Shown here: positions 38,866 through 52,708 of the stretch, piece by piece
Layout of the letters: each line of letters starts with the position of its first letter
Numbering within the stretch: the first letter of the stretch is position 1
Notes under the pieces: generated by a model
Told to the model about the DNA's origin: nothing
Databases searched by the model: none
Seen by the model: the letters and a program-made list of their open reading frames with translations, nothing else
Translations under genes and position numbers: made by a program
From: the human T2T-CHM13v2.0 reference genome, Homo sapiens
Reading direction: 5' to 3' (one strand)
NCBI RefSeq assembly: GCF_009914755.1
Contig: NC_060929.1
DNA: 64,000 bases

Positions 38866-39189
38866 GCAACTTTTCTATTTCTGTAGTTTTAAATATTTCC
38901 CATTTTAAAAAAAGGTTAAACATTTTCTCCATTCATCATAAAGTAATACTCATTTTAAAACACAAAACTGCACCATATATAACCAATCAGTCATCAAGAT
39001 CTTAAACAAGCAGCTACTTAAGCAGAGTAAAAGGGGTAACATCACATTAATGTTTGCCCACACATTATGACTACATACAGAAAAGTAATCTTTGAAAGGT
39101 AACTCATACACCATTCTGATCTTTAACCATATAGCCATTCCTGAAGTAAATCATCACTCAAGATAACTTATTTAAAACTAAAAAAAGTC

Positions 39190-39507
39190 AGCCAGGCGCA
39201 GTGGCTCATGCCTGTAATCCCAGCACTTTGGGAGGCCGAGGTGGGTGGATCACAAGGTCAGGAGTTCAAGACCACCAGCCTGGCCAACATGGTGAAATCC
39301 CATCTTTACTAAAAATACAAAAATTAGCGGGGCATGGTGGCGGGCACCTATAATCCCAGCTACTCAGGAGGCAGAGGCAGAAAACTGCCAGAACACAGGA
39401 GACGGAGGCTGCAGTGAGCCAAGATCGTGCTACTGCACTCCAGCCTGGGCAACAGTGAGACTCCATCTCAATTAAAAAAAAACAAACCACACACACACTA
39501 AAAAAAA
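39190..39507 (+). mobile_element. AluS-like
   Basis: Full dimer. Confidence 0.9.
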
Positions 39508-39968
39508 GTCTACCAGGATTTGAAAAATTTGCTTGCAAATACCACCACAAATCCACACAGCTGCAAATTGATGCTTTGAAATCTTCCAGCATTATCTTTA
39601 AAAAGCTTAACTTCAGTTACATAAAACTTTGTGTTGAGCTGTAACTGTTATACAGGTGCATCCTGGCCCACATTTCTTAGTAACTAAATTTCAAGACTGT
39701 CAGCAATAGCATAGCAAAAGAGACATATTTTTCCTGTGTATTCTTCTTCCTTTCAGTGAATAGTTATAGAGAGATCTCCAGACAGAAAGAATAGTTAAAA
39801 ATTTTTTTTTTCAGTAGAAAGCTAACTGTAACCTGCAAATGCCAAATGAATTCTTTCTTAATTCTATTCCGTTTAATAAACTTTCACAAAAGAAAAAGGA
39901 AATTTTGAAGCAAAAATACATTATAGAATTCTAGCCACTAAAAAACCAAAATTTACTTTAAAAAGCTA

Positions 39969-40325
<357 letters not shown>

Positions 40326-40738
40326 TTACTCTATATTAATATTCATAGTTATAGAAACTTTAGTTTTTTTTGCAAGAAAATCCCTCTACCTCTAAAGTTC
40401 ACCTCCTCAGTCTTTTAACTAGGCACAATCTCCCTTCTTTGTAATGTCTTATGACAAAAGCTTCTGGGGAAGGGAGTGGGAATTGAGTGTTAATGACAGT
40501 AGAGCATAGTATAGCAGCGGTAAGAAAGAAAATGAAGGCAAAAAAGAAGGTCTCTCTCCTGATAAACTCCAAGGCAGTTGTAAAAACTAGATAACTTGAT
40601 AACCACACTTTTCAGAAGCACACAAAACCTGTATAGCAGAATTAACAACTCCGAATAATTAAAGAAATATGCTTTGCAATTATTTAAGATGAGTATGCAT
40701 TGTAAAAGATTCCTTAAATTTGATTTCGCAAGGTTTAA

Positions 40739-41032
40739 TTTTTTTTTTTTTTTTGAGACGGAGTTTCACTTGTTTCCCAGGCTGGAGTGCAATCGCGCAA
40801 TCTCCGGCTCACTGCAACCTCCGTCTGCCTCCTGGGTTCAAGCAATTCTCCTGCCTCAGCCTCGCGAGCAGCTGGGATTACAGGCCACCACACCCAGCTC
40901 ATTTTGTATTTTTGGTAGAGACAGGATTTCTCCATGTTGGTCAAGGTGGTCTCGAACTCCCAACCTCAGGTGATCTGCCTGCTCGGCCTCCCAAAGTGCT
41001 GGGATTACAGGCGTAAGCCACCGCACCCGGCC
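40739..41032 (-). mobile_element. AluSp-like
   Basis: TSD caaggtttaattttttt. Confidence 0.92.
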
Positions 41033-41293
41033 ACAAGGTTTAATTTTTTTTCACCTGTAGTATCAAATTGGACTTATTACTCCTCCTCGCTTTAGATATG
41101 GCAGAAAAATATATAAAATATTGGAACAGGTAAGTAGTCAGAATATACCAGCACATGATCTGTCTGCATATCCAACTAGAAGATTTACTCTCGAGTCTTA
41201 TCTCCTATTTTATGAATAGTTTGGTTCCTTTGTTTCCTCTAGGTATTTCTACCTACTAACCATTCCATTCCAACTATGAATAAGAAAATGTGA

Positions 41294-41595
41294 GGCCGGG
41301 TGTGGCAGCTCACACCTGTAATCCCAACACTTTGGGAGGCCAAGGTGGGAGGACTGCTTGAGCCCATGAGTTCAAGACCAGCTGAGGCAATATGGTGAGA
41401 CCTCATCTCTACAAAAAATTTTAAAATTAGCTGAGTGTGGTGGCATGCACGCCTTTCAGGATGCTGAGGTGGGAGAATCGTTTGAGCCCAGGAGGTGGAG
41501 GCAGAGGCTGCAGTGAGCTGAGACTACACAACTGTACTCCAGCCTGGGTGACAGAGTGAGGCCCTGTCTCAAAAGAAAAGAAAAGAAAAAAAAAA
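41294..41595 (+). mobile_element. AluJ-like
   Basis: Diverged dimer. Confidence 0.88.
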
Positions 41596-41976
41596 TTGTG
41601 GGTGGACAATATGACTCTTCTATTTACTTAACTATAGTCAGTAGTCAACATACCTATAGAGATTTGAATCAAAGCTCAGATTCAAAAGTCTTTTAATTAA
41701 ACCTCAACTCTGGTGATTCTAGTAAAACTTTACTGTTTGAAACTTTACGATGCACTTTGTAATTAATTAAAATGAAACTTCAATATCAGTTCAATCCTTA
41801 GAGTTGAGGCAATCATATGAGTTTTAATTAATGCAGAGATAGCATCAACTCAGGTTGTATAACTCCTAGACCAATACTTGTTCAAGTAATAATGCTGCTT
41901 TCCATAACTGTTCCTTATTTTATTCTCTATGATGTTCTTGCTTATCCAAACAGTATGTATGAAAGCTGATAAACTA

Positions 41977-42335
<359 letters not shown>

Positions 42336-42569
42336 TCAAATACAAATACCACTATTTAGTTTTCTATCTAACATTTTTTCTTAATCTTCCTAATTGCCAA
42401 AACTTTCCTGTTTCTTGTCCACCCCCATGTCTCCATCACTGTAATTAATGTTTTTTTTATATAGTATCCTGTGTTACACAAAACATGCTGGTTACAATAA
42501 GCAAATATTCAGTGCTCATTATCTCAGAAAATATTTTAAGCCCTTTACATGAAGCATCTCAATCCTCAA

Positions 42570-42716
42570 ATTTTTTTTAAATTTTATTTTTTATAAATTA
42601 GAGACAAAGTCTCACTATGCTGCCTAAACTGGTCTCCAACTTTTGAGTTCAAGTGATCCTCCTTCCTCAGCCTCTCAAAGTGCTGGGATTACAAACAGGA
42701 TCCAACAAGCCCAGCC
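42570..42716 (-). mobile_element. FLAM / Alu left monomer
   Basis: Single arm only. Confidence 0.8.
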
Positions 42717-43073
42717 GTGAACTTTAAATAAGATAAACAATAGTTTAATCCCCTCTTTATGGGGCAAAAATCAGAGCCTCAGAGATTAAGTAATTTGCCC
42801 TAATTCACACAACTAATAAGAGGTAGAAATAGGGTAAGCAAACAGTTTGACTCCAGTGCCCACATTCCTAATTTCTATATATGATAATGCATATAACTAC
42901 ATGGATTGTAAACTAATGTGCAGATAACTCAAAATTTGAGAGCTACAGAATTTAAAGAATCTTCTTTGCAAACACTTGACCCAAGCAAGAACTCTTAACT
43001 CCTTCACAGATAATTAAAACTCCAATCTGAAAATAAAAAAGGGCCACAGTAATATTTCAACAAATGTCTGGCT

Positions 43074-43261
43074 CAGCACTGTCTAAAACTTTCTCCAGTG
43101 ATAGAATGTTTTCTATGTGCTGTCCAATATGGTAGCCACTAGCCACATGTGATTATTCAGCACTTGAAATATATCTAGTATGACTAAGTAAATTCTGAAT
43201 ATTTTGTAATTGAGTTCAAATAGCCACATGTGGCTAGTGGTTACCACACTGGACAGTACAG
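43074..43261. mobile_element. MER3 (hAT-Charlie)
   Basis: gctgtccaatatggtagccactagccacatgtg ... cacatgtggctagtgg..tggacag internal inverted repeat. Confidence 0.88.
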
Positions 43262-43653
43262 GTATAGAAGACAAAATGCCAGAAAAAGATGAGTGAAAAA
43301 ATTTTTATTGCCTTCATCTAGAAATTTCACTAACAGTCAAAACAATTTAAATCTATTATACATGCTCCAGCTTAATTATTAGCTCAAATATAAACTTCCA
43401 AATAGATTTAAGTAAACAAAAACTTTCTATATTTAAGATCTACTGTGTATCTGAATGAAAAATATAATTAAAACCTGTATTATGAAAAAAGGTTCGTATA
43501 TCAGAATTTTTTTAGTATTTGGATAGCTAAGAGGAAAACCTGAAAACTCTGCTACCTATGAGGAAAACTAAATAACAACAATAACAATAAAGAAAAAAGT
43601 CAAGTTTTCAACTCTCTTCATAGTAAACAATTGATAACAAAGTGCTTACTTAC

Positions 43654-43706
43654 CTTGATTCTCCACTACTGTTTCTAACACTTTCTTCATCACTGTGTCC
43701 ATTCAT
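43654..43706 (-). CDS. CHD1: CHD1 first coding segment in exon 2 (53 nt; MNGHSDEESVRNSSGES)
   Basis: acaATG start at 43706; AAG|gtaagt donor; phase matches exon 3. Confidence 0.97.
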
Positions 43707-43854
43707 TGTAAATTATTATCAAGAAGTTTTAAAGTAAAATATAAATCTTCCCAGTTTAAAAGATGAATATAAATACTGACTCCTTGAATATAAAAATTCA
43801 CAGATGAATTTTCTTCAACAGTCACAGGTTTTCTGGGACTCTCCTTTGATTCAC
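43707..43854 (-). other. CHD1: CHD1 exon 2, 5'UTR part (148 nt, AT-rich, no ATG)
   Basis: Acceptor ttttctttag|GTGAAT at 43856/43855. Confidence 0.85.
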
Positions 43855-45858
43855 CTAAAGAAAATATATTAATAAATTAACAAAATTTCCTGCAGAAAAA
43901 AGGTAAATTAAGCCCTGTCTAAAACGTATAAATCTACGTAGGCCAATTAGACTACAGCTGTTAAGGAAGAAGTGGGGGCCTTTTATTAAATACTTAAAAT
44001 ATCTAGACTTGTAATAACTACACTCCTGACTGCTAACTAGAATTTAGTATGCTACTGCTAATATACTTCGGACAGAAAAAATTAAAATATTTGTGGAGTG
44101 AAAGGATTTTTAGAGACTAACTGCAACTAACAATGTTTTTATAGACTCCTAAAGCAAGGTGATACGATGTAACATATGCATACATCCCAAGAGTAGATAA
44201 CGGAGTCTTATTAGATAACTTGGTCGAATAAATGAAGTGGGGGGGGGGGTGGGAGGAGGTTACCTTTAATCAAGCCCTCACTCCTATCACCAAGAACTTC
44301 ATACACTTGAGTGAGAAAGTTCTGAAAACGCTCCCATGGGAGGAACAGGCAAATAAAAGATACCATATACTCTCAACAAAAATGCATAGCTCAAAATAAA
44401 TGTGTTATTTAACAGGTAAACGGATAGTGGGATGATAACATTTAAATAATACTTAACCAGTTTGCACTTGGTTTTTATTTTGTGAAAAAAATTGAAAAGG
44501 TAATAGAATATACACTATATCTGATTTTTTACGTAAAAAATTTGGGGCAAGAATAATGAACCAAGACACACCATTTCCACCTTTAAAGATTTCAGTACAA
44601 CACTGAAGAATCACCTACAAGCCATCCACGAATAAACAAAGGAGATCTCTGGCAGGGGAGGGAGAGGAAGAAGCGGGGGAAGGAGACGTCAGATCCTTCC
44701 CCAGCCAGAAAGTACCGAGACAGCCAACTGAGAGCAGAGCTGTCCTCCGACCTCAGCAAAGAGAATTCACTCCTACGATTATTTCCATTCCACAAGAGAG
44801 GGAGGGAAACAGATTGTTACCAACTCAATGATAGCAAAGTCTGCATCTGGATCAGGATGTTAATTCTCTAGACTACTGTCCAGTAGACTCTGCAAGAACA
44901 GGTTATCTAAAAAGTAACCGTTCTACTCAACATTTATTCCTAATGTTAAATATTAATCTCAACCCTAGTCAAAGTGCCTTACTGAACAATTAAGTCTTAA
45001 AAAATCTAAGTATGTTAACAAACTGCCTTTCCCGTTTCTTCCTTTAAAAAGTTCACTCCCCTTTTCGTTCTTTCCTTTTCACCTTCCTTTCGTCCCTCAA
45101 AATGGCTTTCTCTGTACATTTTAACTTCCTTTCCCCTCCATCTCCCTTATCCGAATAAGTCCTCTGAGACCCTTTTCACAACCCGGAGTTCTGAAGCTCC
45201 AAGCGCACACAGCGCTGTGTCCTCTCAAGCGTCTCCACAATGACTACCCTAAGTTATTAAACCTCTTCAATCCTCTGTCTTTTAGCAGTTGCTTTGCTCC
45301 TGCTAAGTTTTTAAAGCGGCACTCGAAAGAGGTTTGGAAACCATCCTCACTCATCCATCCAGCGCGCTCCAATCAGCCTCCCTCGCGGACCTGCCCCCCT
45401 CTCCCAGGGCCTCCATCCCGGTCCAGGAGTCCCTCTTCCCGCCTCAAACTTCCCGCAGACCCGCCCCGCGCCCTCCCAGGCTCGCCCGAGCCGCCGCCCC
45501 CTCCCCCTCCCGCCGCTCCCCACGTGCTGGGAGCCCGGGTCGCGGCAGGACCCACGCACCGGCTAAGTGCTAGCCATTCGCGGGTCTCCTCTCGCGGCCC
45601 GGTCGGCACCAAGCCGAAGAGGCCGGGGCAGGGCCGCCGGGCCGGCGCAAGGATGCGTTCTGCGGCCCCGGCCTGTACTCGCCGCTCACACGCCCCCTGC
45701 GCGCCAGGCCCGTACACCGCCACCGGCACTCACAGAGCCACCCGGCCTTCACCCGGCCGCTGGGCCGCCGCCTGGGCACCGCGCCGCGCCCGCCCTCCGC
45801 CCGGCCGGTTCCTGTCCTCTCCGCCACATCCTGACCCGCCCGCCGCCCCCTTTCTTAC

Positions 45859-46330
45859 CGGCGGGCTTGGCGGGGCGGAGGGAGCCGACTCGGGTGGACG
45901 GCCTCCCCCGCGCCCAGGCCCGGGATCTCCGCCGCCCAGTCCTAGGGCTCCGGCGTCTCGGGGTAAGCAAGAGTCCGTGCGGGGGAGGGGGAAGGGGACA
46001 GACGCGGAGGGGAAGGGGAAGCCCCGGTCCGCAGCACCAACGCGCGATCCCCTGCGGAGTGGAGCTAACAATTCATTATTGAAGCACCAAGGGCGAGGGC
46101 AGCAAGAGCTATAAGTAACCAGTCGTCGCCGCCGCCGCCGCCGCCGTCGCGCGCGCGCTCCCGCTCCCTCCGCTTATCTGCCCCCGGCAGCCGCCATGAC
46201 GCCGAGAAAGCAAGCGAGCGCAACCGTCTCCGTCGTAGCCGCCGCCGCCACCGAGGTCGCCGTCGCCTCCGCCTCCCGCGCGACGTAAGCGCCTCTGCTC
46301 ACTCCCCTTCCCGACAGAGCGCGAGGCGGG
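45859..46330 (-). other. CHD1: CHD1 non-coding exon 1 (5' end approximate)
   Basis: Strong donor CCG|GTAAGA at 45858 inside the CpG island; promoter motifs immediately upstream. Confidence 0.75.
46128..46145 (+). repeat. (GCC)6 in CHD1 5'UTR, followed by an alternating CG run
   Basis: gccgccgccgccgccgcc gt cgcgcgcgcgc. Confidence 0.9.
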
Positions 46331-47389
46331 CGGGCGCGCGCACGCCGAAGCCTTTCTGCTCGCGCGCGGGAGGCGGGAGGGACTACGTTGAAGGGTCGTG
46401 GGCGTAGGAAAAAAGCGATTGGTGCTGGGGCGGGGCGGGGGGGGCGAGTGCGCGCACGCGCACGAATGGGAGTGCGCACGGCGGATGCGCAGAGGCTGTC
46501 GGACTCTGACTGCGCGGAGACCGCTGGACTCTGGTCGCGGCCTTAGTCCGCTGATCCTCGCTTGGGTGCCCGCCCTTAGCGGCCCGGCGTTGAATTCCGG
46601 GAAGTGGGAGCTTCAGGCTCGCTCCGTGCGGGTATGGGCGCTAATGTCACTTGGGATGGTTGCGCAAGGACATCGCGGCGGACACTGACAAGGAACCGGG
46701 GAGGAACGGGGGTGGGGAGAGACTGCGATGGGACTCGGGAAGCCGGGAAGGGCCGCGCTGAATAAGCCTAAGGGGCCGGGTCGCAAGGAGTGTCGGGTAG
46801 CACAGGCCTCGGCTCAGTCGGAGCGCCAGGCCTCAGGGTCCGGGCGGGGGCTGCTGCGTCACACCAGGCAGCCTGGGAACGCAACTGTTGGGCAACCGTG
46901 GTGGCCTCTCGCCACCTCTTACGCTTGGGCGATCTGCGATTGACGCATCCTGGGAGCTGATGTCCCGCACGGGCGGGGCGCCGGAGGAGGAGAGAAAATA
47001 GAGACCCGGTTGTTGACAGCCTGTGATGCCGCTTGATTCATGTGTGGGTGGCCTGGTTTAGAAATGTACCACCCTTCCTTTCTAGGTTCCTCCCCGGAGG
47101 GCGGGGTGACGGGTGCGGCGCCGAATCGCAACAAAAAACGCTGCTCGAGGGATGTTAGTAACTGTCTCAGCTTAAGTTGCTGCCTTTTAGCTTACAGTTT
47201 GTATCGTAACTGTAATTGTGGATCTTAGTTAAATCCCTTCAGTGTGTTGGAAACATATTTTTAAGTGTATTTTTGAAACATACTTAGAGCATTTTGAAAT
47301 GCTTTTTTGAAAGCGTTTTTTAAATCAAAATTCTGTTACACTTTATTTTTTTCAGTCTGCAGATGAACTTGACTCACTCAAGGTTAATG

Positions 47390-47533
47390 ATTTTTGTTTT
47401 TTATTTATGTTTGTAGAGGCGGGGTTTTGTCATGTTGCTAGGTTGGTGTTGAACTCCTGAGCTCGAGCGATCCACCTGCCACTGCCTTCCAAAGTGCTGG
47501 AATTACAGGCGTGAGCCACGGCGCCCGGTGGCC
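47390..47533 (-). mobile_element. FLAM / Alu left monomer
   Basis: Single arm; TSD aggttaat. Confidence 0.85.
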
Positions 47534-49558
47534 GAGGTTAATAATAATTAAAAGTTTCTAATCCCATTGTTCAGTTATTTGATTTGGTGTAAAGGCGCAC
47601 TTTCCAAGTCAGATGAGTTTGTGGTAACATACATTCCCCAAATAATTATTTTTCCCTTGTGGGAAATATTCCAGTTTTAGGCTACCAGCTGTTTAAACAG
47701 TTTGGTTCAAATCCTTCAAAAAAATCTCAAAACATAACTCCACATATGTATTTACTACATATTGAAGGGTGTATTCACTTGGAGAAGTAGGAGAAAGCAA
47801 ACAGATGCCAATGGCCTTTTTGAAAACATGTATCTATCAGCAATAATTGAATAGCAAAACGAAGTGGAACACTACCATCCTTTGCAATATTAGATAGTTT
47901 TAATACTGGGTTGTGAGGAATGAAAAGATCATACAAATCGTCATTTCTGAAGTCATTTCTGAAGTCGTCATTTCTGAACTGAGTGCTAATTTTTCATATT
48001 AAGCTTTATGTTAATATCCTTAATGAGAGGAACTTCCTGTGCCCGTAATTTCTCCAGAGAAACTATTAACATACACAGAATGTTGTAATCAGAAGTATAG
48101 TTCAGTTAATAAAGTCCTCAATTACAACTCTGACATTTTGTCATTGTCTTATGAAAAGAATTACTGTATATACAGTCTATTTTACGTTTTCCGGAAGCAC
48201 GTCAGGCAGGTTTTTTGTTTTTTTACTACTAATTGTGCCATTGAATATGCTATTCTGTCGTATTGTGCCATCAAACATGCTATTCGAAAAAAGATCTTGC
48301 CCAATTTGTAATAAAATATTGAACATTGGAGATTTAGATTTCGAGTAAAATCATACTTTATTGCTTTGCAGAAGTACACAGTAGGTGGAAAATTGCAACA
48401 ATCTTGCCAGTTCATTTTTTAAAAAGCGTGTAGGTAATCCAAAGATACCTTTTTGATGATTTGTTATCAACATAGTTAAATTTGCAGTGTCACTTTATTT
48501 GAATAAACTAGCTTTATCTCTACTTAGTGGTACTAAAACAATAGCCAAACAGTTGATAATCTCAACACATGACTAACGAAAAATTCCACATAATTAACAT
48601 TAACCAGGAGGTTTTTGTTACTATTTAATTTCTCATTTTTAAAATTTCATATTCTTTGGAAAGAATATTACTTTTCCGGAATCTAAGACAGCATTTTGTG
48701 GGTCCTTAATTGTGATATGCTTTACTAGGTGAAGTACTAAATGGGTATCCTTAGGTGGGGATAGGCTGGGAACCACATATCCAGAATTGTGAAATATATA
48801 ACATAAACAGGATAACTTGCTCCTTTGTTAGCTTTTTGGATGCCAGGGTTAAGATTTTAATTCCATAATTATGTCCTTGTTGCCTGGAGGATTTGCATAT
48901 GAGAAACCACAAAAACAATCGGGACATTATTAAAATACCCTAGAATCTCAACCTGTGACAGTATTTCCCATGTCCTTGCAAAACCAGAGGAAGTCTTTCC
49001 AATATGATTCTTAAATTTACAAAGTCCTCTGAATAGAAACCATGAAATCCTAAGTCATCTTCTAGTGAAGATTTGCTGTACATTTTCTGTTTTCCTAATA
49101 AGAAATTAGAGGAGTTTAGTTCCCAGTGTTGGGCAAGGGATAGGACTCAGTCACCTGGAAAGTTCTTTTGTAACTACACGTGCCTGACACTCCTATTCTT
49201 CCCCTCTGCTGATATGCAGAATTTCTAGGTTCTAGGTAGTATTTGGGAAGTTTCCCAGATTATTCTGATATCTACCAGCGGCTCATCCACCTTCTTTATG
49301 GTCACTGTATTTGGGGATTTTGAATGATAAATTCTTGAATCACTAAAAGCTAAATTTCAAACAGAAAATTGTTAGAGATGATACTAAGAGGCAAGTATGT
49401 ATAAAATCTAATAGGCATTGAAGAAGATACAAAGATTCCATCCTCTACTGAAAAATTAAGTGTGCACGCAGAGTAAGAAAGAAGGTTAAGTAGCCAACCT
49501 CAAAAATATTTAAAAATTATTGCATTGATGCTGTATCACTCATTTCCTTGCCCAGATT

Positions 49559-49863
49559 CTTTTTTTTTTTTTTTTTTTTTGAGACAGAGTCTCACTTTGT
49601 CACCCAGGCTGGAGTGCAGTGGTGCTATCTCATTTCACTGCAATCTCCGCTTTCTGGGTTCAAGTGATTCTCATGCCTCAGCCTTCCAAGTAGCTGGGAC
49701 TACAGGCACGCGCCACCACACCCAGCTAATTTTGTGTACTTTTAGTAGAGACTGGGTTTCACCATGTTGGCAAGGCTGGTGTCAAACTCCTGACCTCAGG
49801 TGATCTGCCTGCTTCAGCCTCCCAAAGTGCTGGGATTACAGGTGTGAGCCACCATGCCCAGCC
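49559..49863 (-). mobile_element. AluSx-like
   Basis: Perfect TSD cttgcccagattctt. Confidence 0.93.
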
Positions 49864-49897
49864 CTTGCCCAGATTCTTTATTCACTGCTGTCCAAAT

Positions 49898-50030
49898 ACT
49901 GTTGGTCCTCTGTACCTGCAGGGATTTGCAGGTACAGAGGCTCAACTATAAGGGACTTGAGCATCCCCAGGTTTTGGTAAATGGGGGTCCTGGAACTAAT
50001 TCTCTGCAGATACTGAGGGACAAACGGTAC
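49898..50030 (-). mobile_element. Internally deleted MER2 (both termini kept)
   Basis: Minus strand: tccctcagtatctgcag...ccaggacccc...ggatgctcaagtcccttata joined to the 3' terminus. Confidence 0.75.
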
Positions 50031-50624
50031 CACTCATTTTAATGCAGAAATTTTGTATTCATCCTTTCTTTTTAACTCCCACTACCGGGCTTAGTTTAGG
50101 CCTCTATTTTCTCTATCTTTCCCTTCAGCTTATCCTTTAGGTTTCCTTCAAACTTGAAATCTAACTAAATCAGTCCCCTGTTATATACCACATATATTTG
50201 TAAACTAAACATATATGAAGATGTATGTACATATCATATATTCCTAGTATTTTAGTTACTTAATTTTTTCACAGACTAATCTCAGTATTGCCTCTCATCA
50301 TTCCTAATGGACACTTGGTACTCTAGACACTTCTTCAGGTCACTGGAAAGGTATCTCTCATTGTAAGTGGATATAACCCATTTATCTTATGGGTCAGTCT
50401 TTCATAAGTTCGTTTAAGTAAATGCTCAAGAACTGTTGAGTACCTTGACACAATTGTGCTGACAACCTATAAGACTTGTCAGAAAACTCTCTGACCTCCC
50501 TTTTAGGACATGGAATTGAGTATTCTGTAAGTGCGGCATGTCATTGTATCACAATATAGCATTTGTTTCCATACTACATTGTGAGGTCCTTGAGCAAAGA
50601 GTACTGTGCCCCAGTGCATTGTAT

Positions 50625-52200
<1,576 letters not shown>

Positions 52201-52708
52201 TAATCATCTAAAAAACAAATACATTAATATCTTCAAAGTCTGATTTGGGAGAATTTGTTTTCATTGTTTTTTTTCAAACAGGAACTGAACAATACCATCA
52301 TTTACAGTTACGGGCTATGGGTGGTCACTTAATTGGTGTGATTTGAGACTGAGAACCTCCTGTTCCACAAATCTATACTTCATCCTCTACTAATGCTTGA
52401 AAAGTCATTGATAGAAATCTGTTTTAAAGCATATATTCCTGGGAAGAGTAATATGTTTAGAAGATACATAATTCTCAGCTGTGCCAAAATTTAGAATTAA
52501 CTGAGGAGTTGTGTACTAAAAATGCTCAAGATTATATTCCATGGTTCTGAGGTGGGGCCTTGGCACATGCATTTTTTTAAAAGCTCCCCTAGGTGATTCT
52601 AATGTGCCATTGTTGAAAAATCATTGACAGCATCCTATTAACACAGTATTGACTCATAACGTTTTGTTTAGATGACATGTGGGTAGGACAGGACACCTAT
52701 TTATAAAA

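Larger units (their letters stand above)
45330..47150. promoter_or_regulatory. CpG island / probably bidirectional promoter
   Basis: Very GC- and CpG-rich against AT-rich flanks; tandem GC boxes GGGGCGGGGCGGGG ~46427-46445, CCAAT (GATTGG 46417-46422), NRF1-like GTGCGCGCACGCGCAC 46448-46463. Confidence 0.92.

Noticed and set aside
43118-43256. Long inverted repeat upstream of the exon 2 donor region
   Set aside because: Intrinsic to the MER3 consensus
45207-45220. Perfect 14-bp palindrome ACACAGCGCTGTGT
   Set aside because: A few palindromes of this size are expected by chance in 64 kb
45334-47228. Long overlapping ORFs on both strands (up to 196 aa)
   Set aside because: Pro/Arg/Gly/Ala-rich and present in many frames; expected from stop-codon scarcity in a CpG island
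47940-47978. CRISPR-like repeat interpretation of short direct repeats
   Set aside because: Eukaryotic locus; no spacers and no cas genes
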